NCBI GenBank assembly: GCA_964016885.1
Contig: OZ024741.1
Span: 219,046,001-219,110,000 of the forward strand
Origin: Eledone cirrhosa
Lineage: Eukaryota
Direction: 5' to 3'
DNA: 64,000 nt
Part shown: positions 1 to 11,830 of the stretch, piece after piece
Layout: each line of letters opens with the position of its first letter
How positions within the stretch are numbered: the first letter of the stretch is position 1
Made by a program: the position numbers and the translations under genes
Notes under the pieces: generated by a model
What the model saw: the letters and a program-made list of their open reading frames with translations, nothing else
The model's database searches: none
Told to the model about the DNA's origin: nothing

Positions 1-587
1 GAGTCAGGAGAAGTCCGTAGAGCGGCTTTTAGTTGTCGGTGGAAACGCTCCACCATTCCATTAGAGGCAGGATGATATGCAGTTGTTCGGATGCGTTTAG
101 CGCCGATGATTTTCGTTAATTCATAGAAGAGATTCGATTCAAACTGCCTTCCACGGTCCGTTGTAATCGTGGTTGGCACTCCAAAGCGAGCAATCCATCC
201 TGATACTAGGGCACGCGCTGTCGTTTCAGCAGTGATGTCTTTCAAGGGGATGGCTTCAGGCCATCGCGAAAAACGATCAATAACAGTCAATAGATAAGTG
301 ACCACCACTGACTGGCCAAGGTCCCATGATGTCCACATGAATGTGCCGGAAACGGGCGTCCGGTGTACTGAACGTACCGAGCGGAGCCTTAACGTGTTTA
401 TGAATTTTCGATTTCTGGCAAGCGATGCAGGAACGGCACCAAACAGTAATATCGCGCCTCATATTTGGCCAGAAGAATCTGGCTGTTATGAGCTTTACTG
501 TGGCAGAAGATCCTGGGTGGGAAATGCTGTGTAAAGCAAGAAACACAGTACGACGATGGTTTAGTGGGACGAATGGTCTCGGTGAAT
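1..587 (-). pseudogene. Gypsy integrase (HHCC zinc finger plus DDE core), frameshifted
   Basis: ORF 277..546 LHSISHPG...WCRSCIACQ; a second frame at 1-290 reads [13 protein letters not shown]...[18 protein letters not shown]...[18 protein letters not shown]. Confidence 0.9.
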
Positions 588-2009
588 CTACGGAAACGTC
601 GCAGAGAATCTGTCCATCTGAGTGGGCAATGGCAGGTATTTCAAATTACTCGTCGCAAATTCGGCTGATGTAATATCCAACGATTCCAGTGCAGGCTGGT
701 CTGCTGCCAAGTGATTTAAATCGATGTCGTGGGATGACGCAATTGAACTGATCGGCAATCGAGACAGGGCGTCAGCCGCTGTGTTCAATGAGCCTGCAAT
801 GTGTTGGATGTCGTTTGTGAATTGCGAGATAAAGTCGAGATGCCTTGTTTCTCTGGGCGAGTACTTGTCGGACTTTGCCCTTAAAGCGAAGGTCAAAGGT
901 TTATGGTCAGTATAGATTGTAAAACACCTTCCTTCAAGCATATGTGAAAAATGTTTCACGGAAAGGTAGATGGCTAACAGCTCCCGGCCAAAGGTGCTGT
1001 AGCGAGTTTCTGCAGGCTTCAACTTCCTGGAGAAAAATTCCAATGGTTGTTGGTGATCGTCACTACTCTGTTGTAAGACTGCACCCACTGCAGTATCCGA
1101 CGCATCAACACAAAGCGAAAGCTTGACATTAGACACTGGATGGGCCAGCAAAGATGCACTACCCAATGCTGATTTGGCTTTTTGAAAATCCTCGAGCTGA
1201 GTCTGAGTCAAAGAGATGTCCTTATTTTCTTGCGGCAATTTTTCAGAATCTCAGTAAGAGATAAGAGTAGATTAGCACAATGCGGAACAAAACGTCTATA
1301 GAAATTTATCAGTCCTAGAAATTGTCGCAACTGACGAAGTGAGGTCGGCGGAGGCAAATCCTCTATAGCCTGAACTCGTTGAGGGTAGGGTCGAATACCC
1401 TCGGAGTCAATGACATGACCTAAAAAATTCAGCGATTCCGCACCGAAAACACATTTTGTGGTATTTATTTGTACACTAATCCTTGAGTCGACAAAACAAA
1501 AGATTCAAATGACGTATGTGTTCTTCTCTGGAGGAACTAGCAATAAGCAGATCATCAATATAAGTGTAGACGAAGTCTAAACCACGAGTGACCTCATCCA
1601 TGAACTGTTGAAAGGTGCTAGCAGCATTCCTAAGTCCGAAAGGCATGGTAAGAAATTCGAATGATCCAAATGGAGTCGTAATGGCCGTTTTCGGAATATC
1701 TTCTTTCTTGACAGGAATCTGATGATAGGCTCGCACCAAATCGAGCTTCGAGAATATTTTACATCCTTGCAATGACGATGCAAAATCTTGCAGGTGTGGA
1801 ATAGGATATCTATCCGGGACAGTTATAGCATTTAACTTCCTATAATCCCCAGTGGGTCTCCAGTCGCCAGAAGTCTTGGATACCATGTGCAACGGAGAAG
1901 CCCAAGGGCTCGTAGAAGGGCGAATTATGCCTAGCTGCAGCATGTGGTCGAACTCGGACCGTGCTGCCTTCAATTTGTCCGCAGGCAAGCGACGAGAACG
2001 TGAGAACAC
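588..2009 (-). pseudogene. Gypsy reverse transcriptase and RNase H, interrupted
   Basis: ORFs 1476..2009 and 588..1238 with canonical motifs; the intervening thumb (FLGHVI..LRQFLGLINFYRRF) follows a stop. Confidence 0.93.
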
Positions 2010-3176
2010 TGGGGCGCCAGTTGTAGAGATAAAATGCTCCGTTGTGTGAGTCGGTTCGACAACTCGAAAATTTCCCTGAGTAAGCTGTGGGAAGAATTTA
2101 ACAATGCATGATAAGGATTCCGAGTATTAGCGATGAAAAAGGTCGGGCTAACTGTTGGAAAATTAGCTTTCAGGCCACTAAGAGAAAAACCAGTAATGTC
2201 GTCTACTAGGCGTCAGCCACGGACGTCCACCGTCAATGCAAAATGGTGTAGAAAATCCGCTCCCAAGATCGGATATGGTAGGTCAGCAACCGTAAAAATC
2301 CATTTGAATTCTCGTCGAAGATTTCTGAATTGCAGAGGAAGCGAGATTTGTCCAAAAGTCCGTATCGGCGAATGATTGACAGCTTGTAGATTCATTGATG
2401 ACTCAGGAGGAGTTACTGTCATACAATTGACAGGCCAAATACTGCACGAAGCTCCTGTGTCTACAAGGAAGGCTCTTCCAGACAGGAGGTCCTCTATGAA
2501 GAAATGGCGGTTCTGTTGTGTCTCGCAGAGTTCACTTGCCGCCTTTAGTGACTCTGATCTACATTTCCCGAAGCTGAATATTTACATGGAGGCCGGCAAT
2601 GTTTTGCCTTATCCGCGAAGGTGGCATGATACCAGCAAAATAATGGATTGCTGGCGGGCGAAGTAGTATGCTGAGGTGGAGTCGCGAAAGAACGCGAACG
2701 ACTCCTAGGCTGCCGGGAATACGGCCTATTCTCCCTGCACAATCGAGCGACTTGCTGCGTCAAAGCGTCAATAGCCTTTAACATGGCATCCTCGCGTGTC
2801 GAGACGGGCTGGTTCGAATGTGAAGAAGCAGGTAAATTAGGACCATTCTTTGTCAATCTATTTCCACAAGGACGAATAAAAGTAAGTAATGTTCAGAACT
2901 ACGGGAAAACAGCACAATTGGTGGTATCTGTGATTCGAGATAGTCATTATGAAACAAGATGGCGTCGCATTTTTTTTCCAAAACAACGATATGGTCGCGT
3001 GACGAGGCTAAGCCAATCAGATGGCTGCATTTGAAGAAGAAAGACAATGTGCTGGAATGTTAGCTGGCCTGTTAGCCATGTTGAAAAAAGAATTTTTTTT
3101 TCTTTTTTTGTGTAAGACGAACAATTTTCAATTTAAAAACGAATGGTGAAATTAAGCAGACTGCGTTTTCATATTT

Positions 3177-3194
3177 ATCACCTCGGGGTCACCA
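3177..3194 (-). promoter_or_regulatory. Primer-binding site, probably tRNA-Trp
   Basis: Minus strand TGGTGACCCCGAGGTGAT, nearly complementary to the metazoan tRNA-Trp 3' end (..UCACGUCGGGGUCACCA), immediately inside the putative LTR. Confidence 0.8.
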
Positions 3195-3195
3195 C

Positions 3196-3565
3196 TTTAG
3201 GCGGGCGCTGGTCATCAGTCATCCCGTCTAATTGGATATTGTTTACTAGCACATGGTCAAACAAGGAATAAGGAACATACCTCAATTTTATGTTATAAAA
3301 ACATTTTTTATATAGGAGCAATTACAGAATATATTCAAATACTTTAGTGCTCCTAGGTTGGGATATATTTAAGTCGTCGTATACTGCCGCATGGTATGAT
3401 GTCATCCTTTGGATCACTGCATGTAGATAGCACGATAGAGATAGCGCGTCTCTTTTTTCCAAGCTCTCATTGTCCAAGTGTTATTGTCTCAGCTACTGAC
3501 GTCAGAACTAAGGGCAGTTAATCGACTGCCTTCACAGTCGACGCTAGATGGCGTGATCTTCTACA
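3196..3565 (-). repeat. Putative 5' LTR of the Gypsy element
   Basis: Abuts the PBS; minus strand starts TGTAGAAGATCACGCCATCTAG. The second LTR is outside the window, so the boundary is unconfirmed. Confidence 0.6.
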
Positions 3566-3814
3566 AATGTGTAAATAAGATGTAGGGAAAAGTAGATTAA
3601 TTAGGTTAAAACAACGGAACATCGATAGCAAAGCGTAATAGCAACATAAACATGCGGAAAATGGAGGCATTGAACATTTATAACGTATAGCAAAAGCAAC
3701 CTCAGCAGCGTACGTGGTATTGTCAAAAGGACAAAAATAGCACACGGATACAGCAAATATAAGCACTTATACAAAAAAAAAACAGCGATTACTTGTTGGC
3801 GGATGGGGTGCCTA

Positions 3815-4356
3815 CAAAAGTTCCGTATAGACTATATTTTGGGTTTTCTCGCGGAGTTGCAAAAGCAAATAGGTCATGTCGGCTCCCCACTCGAGAGCAG
3901 CCAGCATATAGTTGACCATGGGAGAAGCATGGTTCTTCTAAATTAAGTAAGCCCTACGACCCTCAGCGCCTGACCCTGTGATTTGTTAATCGACATGGCG
4001 AAACTGAGCCGGAGAGGGAATTGCAGCCTTCTGAATGTGAAAGGAATGTCTTTACCGGATGGAATGAGAGGTATCCTTGGTATGAAGACAGTATCCCCCT
4101 TATCACATCCTGTAAGTATTGGTGCCTCAATAACATGAGGCATTGCCTTTTGGACGACCAGACGCGTGCCGTTGGAAAGCCTTCGGGGTTCCAAATTCCT
4201 GAGGAGCATGACAGGGGCACCTTTCTTAAGTCGCAGTAAGTGTGGTGGCAATCCGGGAGGGTCTAGGGAGCTAAGAAATTCTGTGGGGTAATTAACAACT
4301 TCGTCCGGATCAGCCATAGAGTTAAGGGTCTTGTTGACATGCAGGTTTCCAGGCAA
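3815..4356 (-). pseudogene. Helitron PIF1-family helicase C-terminus
   Basis: YPTEFLSSLDPPGLPPHLLRLKKGAPVMLLRNL..NGTRL..RLQFPLRLSFAMSINKSQGQ; after a frameshift, PCFSHGQLY..SRVG..NIVYTELL. Confidence 0.93.
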
Positions 4357-4359
4357 GCA

Positions 4360-5036
4360 CAGCGTAGTCGGAGGGGTCGTAGTTAAAGACTTTCAACAAC
4401 CATCGTGAATTGCAAGTCCGAGAAATGCCACGTAACGATGATCGCCGCTGTTCACTTTGCAGAAGTCGGCCACGTCGTTGCTCTATGGTTTCAGTATTTC
4501 GTGCAGCAGCAGTGGCAGTGACGTCCCTCCCTCGTCGAACGGCGCGTCGTCCTTCATCCTCTCGAGCGCGAGCAGCGGCTGTTGTAGAGGCGTCCCTGCT
4601 TCGTCGAACGACGCATCTTCCTTCATCCTCTTGAGTGCGAGCAGCGGATGTTGCAGTGGCGTCACTGCTTCGTCGAACGGCACGTTGTCCTTTATCTTCT
4701 TGAGCGCGAACAGCGGCTGTTGCAGTGGCGTCCCTGCTTCGTCGGACGGCGCGTCATCCTTCATTCTCTTGATCACAAGTAGCGGGTTTTGCAGTGGCGT
4801 CGCTGCTGCTTCGTAGAACGGCACGTCGTCCTCATCCTCTCGCGTGAGCAGCAGCAGTCGCAGCAGCATCTTTGTTCCCTCAATGTTCACGCCGACTGTC
4901 ACCCTCCTCCGCTCTTGCAGCTGCCGTCTGCACAACATTCTGTGAGAGCCTGATCGCAGTCGCATTTACATCTTCGCTTAGACCTACTTGCATCATTATA
5001 TAATCGACCAATGACAGTTCTTTTCTTGGGGGGCAT
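4360..5036 (-). pseudogene. Helitron RepHel N-terminal region with ~63-bp tandem coding repeats
   Basis: Starts MPPKKRTVIGRLYNDASRSKRR at 5036; about five 63-bp repeats at 4500-4850; ends with VFNYDPSDY, resembling the FNYDP motif of animal Helitron N-termini. Confidence 0.65.
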
Positions 5037-6425
5037 TGTTTTTAGAAAATTAACCAGGGAGAACGATAAATAGTGGACACATAACGTTTAAGTAAGCAAA
5101 TCTAAACACGGATATAAATTGGGGAAAAATGTGATAAATCTATGTGGTCTGAGAAAGTGCGTATGTTTTGCAAGATTTTGTGTACCAGTCAAATTTCAGG
5201 TTTTAAGTTAGGGGCAATGTAGCGTACGGAAAACCTTTGATAAAGGAAATTAAATAGTGTGGCTACAGTGGTAGGTATATAAGTGTCAGTATGTTTGTTC
5301 AGTTCAAACATAGCAATAAGTAAGTACTAACCATTGAAAGGATACAGGCAAAAATGGCCGAAAAATCACAGCATGATAAACTGGAACCTTATGACCATAA
5401 ACACATTAACTAAACCTCCTTTAAGGTGACAAATGTTGAAGAAGCATGCGTTTCAGAAACATGGGGTAGCTTATGAGAGTACGCATGTAAAAAAACCTAC
5501 CACTTGTCAAAAGCCCCGAAAGAAGTGTGATCCTAGGTTGGACTTGACTGATTTAAATAGGAGGGATTTCACTCATTGAACAACACTCGAGTTGTCTGAT
5601 TGATTAGATAATACAAATAAGTGTGATGAAATCTACTGAACACAACTCCCTGATGTGTGGTTGGCCAGAGGTCGCCATTTCGCACTTAATTGAGGTGCAA
5701 TTAAACGGGGGAGACAACCGGGTGCAAAAACTAATCAATCATTCGCACAGTTTAGGCATGAGTGTGAAATAGCACAATCCACATACAGCGTTAAAATTTA
5801 CACCTGGGTTAAATCGCGCTTTCTTGGTTAGGAGTGTGAAATGACGCCAAAGTTCAAGGAGAAAAATTTAACTCCCCATTCCGCACTTAATTGTGGTGCA
5901 ATTACACGGGGGAGACAACCGGGTGCAAAATTAAATTCAATCATCCTAAAGTTAACTAAACAAACTAAAGTTAAGCCAGGGGGATTTAAAAATTCGCTAC
6001 TCCATTTGTAGAACATGAGTAACCGATGCATCAACTTTCGTTTAAATTGACTTTTATTTCCAGAAGTTGAAATGCTTTGCTGGAACCATAATATGAACTT
6101 TAAAAGTGCTTCAAAGGGGCTCACTGCCCTCCCTAGGGGGTTCCATTACAAAATTCAAGTGATAACGAAAGTGTGGTGCTTTATCTTATGGCAGGCAATA
6201 ACCATTTCGTTTAGTTTTTGTAAGAATCAAGTATAAACTCCCGAGGTTATGGTGCTTTTTTATTGTGGCAGTTTGAACTTTTATAGGTTAATGAATTGGG
6301 CTCATTGTCCCCGAAGGGGTCCTCTTGCTGAATTGAAATGAAAGTAAATGTGCCTCAGTATATCTTCATCTGTAGTCCATGAATAACAACTAAGTCGAAA
6401 TTCGTTTTATTGGACTACCAATTAT

Positions 6426-8222
6426 CACCGTGTAACATATCTTTTGTTCCCCGGTTCTAAGTGTCATTTCCTGGTTTGTTATATCCCATTATTATAAAAA
6501 GAACACTATTATTTAATCACAAGTTTGGGTTTGTGGCCAGGAGTTTGATACTTCGAAATTTTCATATTTTTCAAGAAAAAACACATTTTAAAAAAATTTA
6601 TCAGTTCATATAATTAAATCAACAGAGTATATATTTATTTTATTACACAAGCTTATCAAAAGCAAACAAGTAAGAACAAATAACACTTATAAAGCAACTT
6701 ATACACGTCAGAAATGACTGGATTTCCTGGATTTGCGGTTGTAGTCCAGGTCGCATTCCCGCACTAGCCCCCAGATATAGTCCCCCATCATTTTTTCATT
6801 GTAGTGGCCCTGGTACCTCCGCTCTATCTCTTTCACATCTTGGTGGAATCGTTCGCCTTGTTCTTCTGAGTAGGCGCCCATATTGTCCTTGAATTTTTCC
6901 AGGTGAGCGTCCAGCATATGGAGTTTAAGCGACATCCTGCATCCCATGGCGCCAAAAGCCTTTATCAGATCCTGCACCAGTTGCTGGTAGTTTTCAGCTC
7001 TTTAGTTGCCCAGGAAGCCCTTAACAACTGCCTTGAAACAGTTCCATGCTGTTCTCTCAATCCTATTGAGCTTATTGGAGAACTCGGTAGACTCAAACAC
7101 CTTCTTTATCTGAGGTCCAACAAAAATTCCACCTTTGATTTTGGCCTCAGATAACTTGGGGAAGAACTCAAGAAGGTACTTAAAAGCGGCTGATTCTTGG
7201 TTGAGAACCTTCACAAACTGCTTCATCAACCCCAACTTAATGTGCAGTGGCGGCATGAGCACAATCATGGGATCAACCAGTGGCTCCCACATGACGTTCC
7301 GGGTCCCAACTACAAATTCTGTTCGCTGCTCCCAGTTCTTTCTTTTGTAATGGTCAGAGGTGGCTCTGCTGTCCGAAAGGCAGAGGAAGCATTGGAATTT
7401 GATAAAGCCTCCTTGGAGTCCAAGCAGGAAAGCCACCATCTTGAAGTCTCCAATGATTTCCCAATTGTACTGATTGTATTGCAGAGTTTCCAAGAGGGCT
7501 TTTACACTGTAGTAATCTTCCTTCAGGCAGACTGAATGAGCTAGGGGCAGTGTCAGGAACTTGTTTCCATTGTGGAGGAGGACAGCCTTCAAACTTGTGG
7601 TGGAGCTGTCTATAAATATCCGCCACTCCTTGGGCACAAACGGCACCCCAATAACGTCAAACAGTCCAGGCATATCATGGCAGAAGCAGAGGCCACCCCT
7701 AAGAGTGTAAAAACCCGAGAAAGGTTCGTGTCGACTTATCTGACTTGTCACCTGCACTTCCTCCTTGACCAAGTTCCACGGCTTCCTCCTGGAGACGAAT
7801 AGCTCTGCATTGGACTTGGTCAGACCCATATCCCTGACCCAGTCATTGACTTCTTTTTGGTTTGGGAAGTGAGGAACTTTTTCTGGTACCCCAGTATCAA
7901 TAAATCTCTTTAATCCACCTTTTAACAATTTTATACTTTATTGCACTTTTATAATTTTCTTTAGGTATTACTCTTTATTTTATAATTTCAATTTAACCTG
8001 AAACATATATAAAAAAAAATCATTTAACATAAGCAAATTAAACTTACATACAACGTAAAATCCAGCATACAAATAATTCTAGTGAATAGCTTAGAACTTT
8101 TACAAACCCAAACTTTTAACTGTTTAATAGCACTTTTTTTTAAATTTATTTGGGACCTAAGCAACACAAAAAAAGTGATTACAAGCCAGGAACAGAGAAA
8201 AATTTTTTTTTGTTACACAGTG
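6426..8222 (-). mobile_element. Chapaev3-type (CMC superfamily, RAG1/Transib-related) DNA transposon, non-autonomous
   Basis: TIRs CACCGTGTAACA / TGTTACACAGTG, 3-bp TSD TAT on both sides, internal transposase ORFs. Confidence 0.85.
6708..7928 (-). pseudogene. Chapaev3-like DDE transposase, N-terminally deleted and frameshifted near 7000
   Basis: WRIFIDSS..SLKAVLLHNGN, GDFKMV..LLGLQGG..CFLC, PPLHIKLGLMKQFVK, MSLKLHML..H, SEEQGERFHQD..ERRYQG..MMGDYIW. Confidence 0.85.
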
Positions 8223-8995
8223 TATCGAAGCTATGACGCTTTGCTGCATTACAATAGCCAAATTCAATAAACGACTCGCCAGGACTTACTGCCCCCTGGG
8301 GGTCCCCTTGCTTGTTCTGGGTATAGACAGTGTCTTCAACATCATCTTTAGTCAATGGGTAACCAATGTGTCCGGTAAAGTTAAAATCGAACGTAAACTT
8401 CAAAAGTTATCAGGTACTAATACAGTGTTAATGTGAACTTCAATAGATTAGTCGAAGGGGCTTACTACCCACCCACCCAGGGATCCCCTTGATAAGTTCA
8501 TGTAAAAGTTCATGTGTTCACCTTCCTTTATAAGCCATGGGTAACCAATACGTCTGGCTTTGTGAAAACCAAACACCAACTCAAGCAGTTATGACGTTTT
8601 GTTGCATTGATAATATCAACTTCAACATTCATCAAGTCGGTTTACTTCCCCCCATGGGGTCCCCTACCTGAATTTCTGTGCAAGTGCATGCCTGCAAATT
8701 TATTTGTAGGCCATAAGCAAACAAAAGATTAATTTTGATGAAGATGGGAGCCAAACAGCAGGAATTATGGGGCCTTTATGCAGTAGTACTGCTGACTCCA
8801 AGCGAGAGGCTTAAGGGGGTTATCTGCCCCTGGGGGACCCCACAATCGATGTATGGAAAAATAAAATAGTCTATGACACGTAATAGGACTAATCAGAAAC
8901 CTATGTATGAAATTTGGTGCAAATCGCTTGTAAAATGTAGAAATGCATGCGGTTACACAGACAGACAGACATCTTCTGTTTTATATATATATAGA

Positions 8996-9155
8996 TGATA
9001 TATGAGTGAACTGGACGTTTCTGTTAGAATCGTCTAATTTCGTGAAACCTTTGGTAATGGAATAATTATATTGTGTTGTTTATTATGTCATTAAATAGCT
9101 CTGTACTATACAGAGTACACTTCTTTCCTTTACCTTTTCTATGGAAATACTTAAA
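8996..9155 (+). repeat. Diverged copy of hammerhead repeat family B (5' end missing)
   Basis: Similar to 12780-12940: GGACGTTTC..CGTCT..GAAACCTTTGGTAATG..AATTATATTGT..TGTTTATTAT. Confidence 0.6.
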
Positions 9156-9165
9156 ACATATATAT

Positions 9166-9507
9166 GGAGGCACATGGCTTAGTGGTTAGAGCATTGGCCT
9201 TGCAATCGAAAGGTCGTGAGTTCAATCCTCAGACCGGGTGATGTGTTGTATCCTTGAGCAAGACACTTTATTTCACATTGCTCCAGTTTACTCAGCTGTA
9301 GAAATGAGATGATAGGGACTGGGGTCCCTATCATTCCACTGCAAAGTGGTCGTGGAGGTGCCACGGCAAAAAAAGCACCCAGCACTCACTGTAAATGAGG
9401 TTGGTGTTAGGAAGGGCATCCAGCTGTAGAAATCAAGCCAGCATCAGTTCCCGTCCCACCCTTGCAAGCAGGGAAAAAGCGGACGTAAAATGAAATGAAT
9501 GAAATGA
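9166..9507 (+). mobile_element. tRNA-head CORE SINE with RTE-derived tail
   Basis: A box TGGCTTAGTGG, B box GTTCAATCC, CORE-like TCCTTGAGCAAGACACTT..CAGTTTACTCAGCTGTAGAAATG, tail TGTTAGGAAGGGCATCCAGC..GGACGTAAAA(TGAAA)n; multiple copies in the window. Confidence 0.9.
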
Positions 9508-9594
9508 TACACGTATGTATGAGTATATAAATGTATATATGTAGATGTATATATATATATATGTCTGTGTGTGTGTGGGGTGGGGGTGGGGGTG

Positions 9595-9783
9595 TATTGG
9601 GACCTAAGCAACACAAAAAAAGTAATTACAAGCCAGGAACAGTGAAAAAAAATGTTTTGTTACACAGTGTATCGAAGCTATGACGCTTTGCTGCATTACA
9701 AATTCAAATAGCCAAATTCAATAAACGACTCGCCAGGACTTACTGCCCCCTGGGGGTCCCCTTGCTTGTTCCGAGTATAGACA

Positions 9784-9787
<4 letters not shown>
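9595..9787 (+). repeat. Diverged copy of the Chapaev end/Helitron junction at 8147-8333
   Basis: Direct similarity including GTTACACAGTG-TAT-CGAAGCTATGACG. Confidence 0.9.
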
Positions 9788-9833
<46 letters not shown>

Positions 9834-9901
9834 TTGTATGTGTGGGTGTGTATATGTGCATGTATATATACAGGGTGTGAGTGTGTGTGTATGTATATAT
9901 A

Positions 9902-10001
9902 CAGGGTGTCCCCAAAAGCTGTATACACACTTTGATTACCTGTTCAGGCAATATTTATTAGAATGCTATTGAAGTTGTATACATTTTTTTGGGACACCCT
10001 G
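9902..10001. mobile_element. Tc1/mariner-type MITE
   Basis: TA|CAGGGTGTCCCCAAAA ... TTTTGGGACACCCTG|TA. Confidence 0.8.
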
Positions 10002-10009
10002 TATATTTA

Positions 10010-10050
<41 letters not shown>

Positions 10051-10623
10051 CAATATGTCTGTGTGTGTGTGTATAAATGTACACAGATAGGTATGTCTAT
10101 ATATATATATGCATATATAGGCACCAATATGTGTGTTTGTTTGTATATAAGTCACTCACATCAGATTACTTATGTTGTCTGCAAGTCATCCAACCTCCGC
10201 TAATAATATATGTGGTGGGGCGGGAGAGCAGTGGCAGTGTGGTGGGGGACGAGAATGTCTGCCGGCGGGGATGGGGTAAGGTAAGGAGGGGCAGTGGAGG
10301 TGAGGGGTGTGTGACTGTCTGGGGAATGCTGTAGGGGGTAAGTCTGGGAGTTTAGTATCACAGTTGCACAGGTAAATGATTAGATAGACAACACATACAG
10401 GTCTGTACACACACACACACATCTACCTAACTCAACAGGAACTTTGCTAATGTGTGTGTTGTGTGTATATTCACATTTACATATATATATATATTGTATT
10501 TATATATATTGTATATATATATATATGTATATTGTATATATATATATATTATATATATATATATATATACATACATATCATCTTCGTTTAACATTCATTT
10601 TCCATGCTAGCATGAGTTATTAT

Positions 10624-10660
<37 letters not shown>

Positions 10661-10665
<5 letters not shown>

Positions 10666-11508
10666 GACGTAAAATAAAAAAATATTTTTTTAAAAAAAAT
10701 TAAAAAAAAATTTTTTTCTTACTTAAATTTTCACTCCAACTAATTAGTTTCTGCAATGGGATAAAGACAGTTACGTAATTCAACTGTCGAGAATTCATTG
10801 CGTCATCAGGAAGTCTATTCTCAGTTAAGTCTCCAGGCAATGCGCGGACACTGGCGGCTCATATAAAAATAATAATAATTCGGTAGATCGAACAGCTTGC
10901 GAGGACTGAATTCTATGTACCGAAATTCTCACTGCTTCAAGTCAAATGGCCGATTCTAAAGAATCAATCACGTGACACAGAGGCTAGTTAGAAGGAATGG
11001 GATGGTAAGATGACTGACGCCTACTAACACCCCAAAAAAAAAATTTTTTTAGAAGTGGTTTTGACAAGTTTGCTCGACAAATCAGTTTGTCGAGCAAACT
11101 TGTCAAAACCACTTCTAAAAAAATTTTTTTTGGGGTGTTAGTAGGCGTCAGTCATCTTACCATCCCATTCCTTCTAACTAGCCTCTGTGTCACGTGATTG
11201 ATTCTTTAGAATCGGCCATTTGACTTGAAGCAGTGAGAATTTCGGTACATAGAATTCAGTCCTCGCAAGCTGTTCGATCTACCGAATTATTATTATTTTT
11301 ATATGAGCCGCCAGTGTCCGCGCATTGCCTGGAGACTTAACTGAGAATAGACTTCCTGATGACGCAATGAATTCTCGACAGTTGAATTACGTAACTGTCT
11401 TTATCCCATTGCAGAAACTAATTAGTTGGAGTGAAAATTTAAGTAAGAAAAAAATTTTTTTTTTTTAAATTTTTTTTAAAAAAATATTTTTTTATTTTAC
11501 GTCCTTTA
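10661..11508. repeat. Near-perfect ~850-bp palindrome (arms ~420 bp, 4-nt loop TCAG at 11082-11085)
   Basis: Arms are reverse complements apart from homopolymer length differences. Confidence 0.97.
11351..11432 (+). ncRNA. Type-I hammerhead ribozyme motif, family A (mirror copy 10733-10814 on the minus strand)
   Basis: ACTTC-CTGATGA-cGCAATG..CATTGCa-GAAAC-TAATTA-GTT-GGAGT: stem I, core, stem II (first pair mismatched), self-complementary stem III. Confidence 0.7.
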
Positions 11509-11715
11509 TATTATTGTTCTGCATTCTCCTGCATTGAACCACCTAGGTACTATGACATAACCTGTGTATTTGCTGGCATGGGCGTGCATCTGTGCGCTTA
11601 TGTTAGTTGATATATTAAATTATCTATATATATATATATATATATATACTGTATATATATATTATACACATATATATATGTGTATAATAACCCATATATA
11701 TATATGTGGGTTATT

Positions 11716-11830
<115 letters not shown>

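Larger units (their letters stand above)
1..3565 (-). mobile_element. Ty3/Gypsy LTR retrotransposon, decayed (5' LTR, PBS, partial gag, protease, RT, RNase H, integrase); continues past the left edge
   Basis: Domain order PR-RT-RH-INT on the minus strand: gag CWYH..F...A..C..PC (2545-2856), protease [38 protein letters not shown] (1476-2009), RH CVDASD..ELLAIY..TDHKPL (588-1238), INT zinc finger and [17 protein letters not shown]. Several frameshifts and stops. Confidence 0.95.
3566..8995 (-). mobile_element. Internally deleted Helitron with ~180-bp subterminal repeats, interrupted by a Chapaev3 element and probably by the Gypsy element
   Basis: 5' end A|TCTATATATATATAAAACAGAAGATGTCTGTCTG at 8995; degenerate units with CCCCC..GGGGGTCCCC near 6125, 6308, 8290, 8465, 8645 and 8825; RepHel N-terminus and PIF1 C-terminus at 3815-5036. 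Confidence 0.75.

Noticed and set aside
4483-4965. 160-aa repeat ORF from the track as a separate gene
   Set aside because: Alternative frame of the Helitron 63-bp repeats.
6708-7928. Domesticated RAG1 or ProtoRAG
   Set aside because: Frameshifted, truncated, flanked by TIRs with a 3-bp TSD, and no RAG2-like ORF.
9166-9240. tRNA gene
   Set aside because: No proper acceptor stem, and it continues into CORE and RTE tail in several copies; it is a SINE head.
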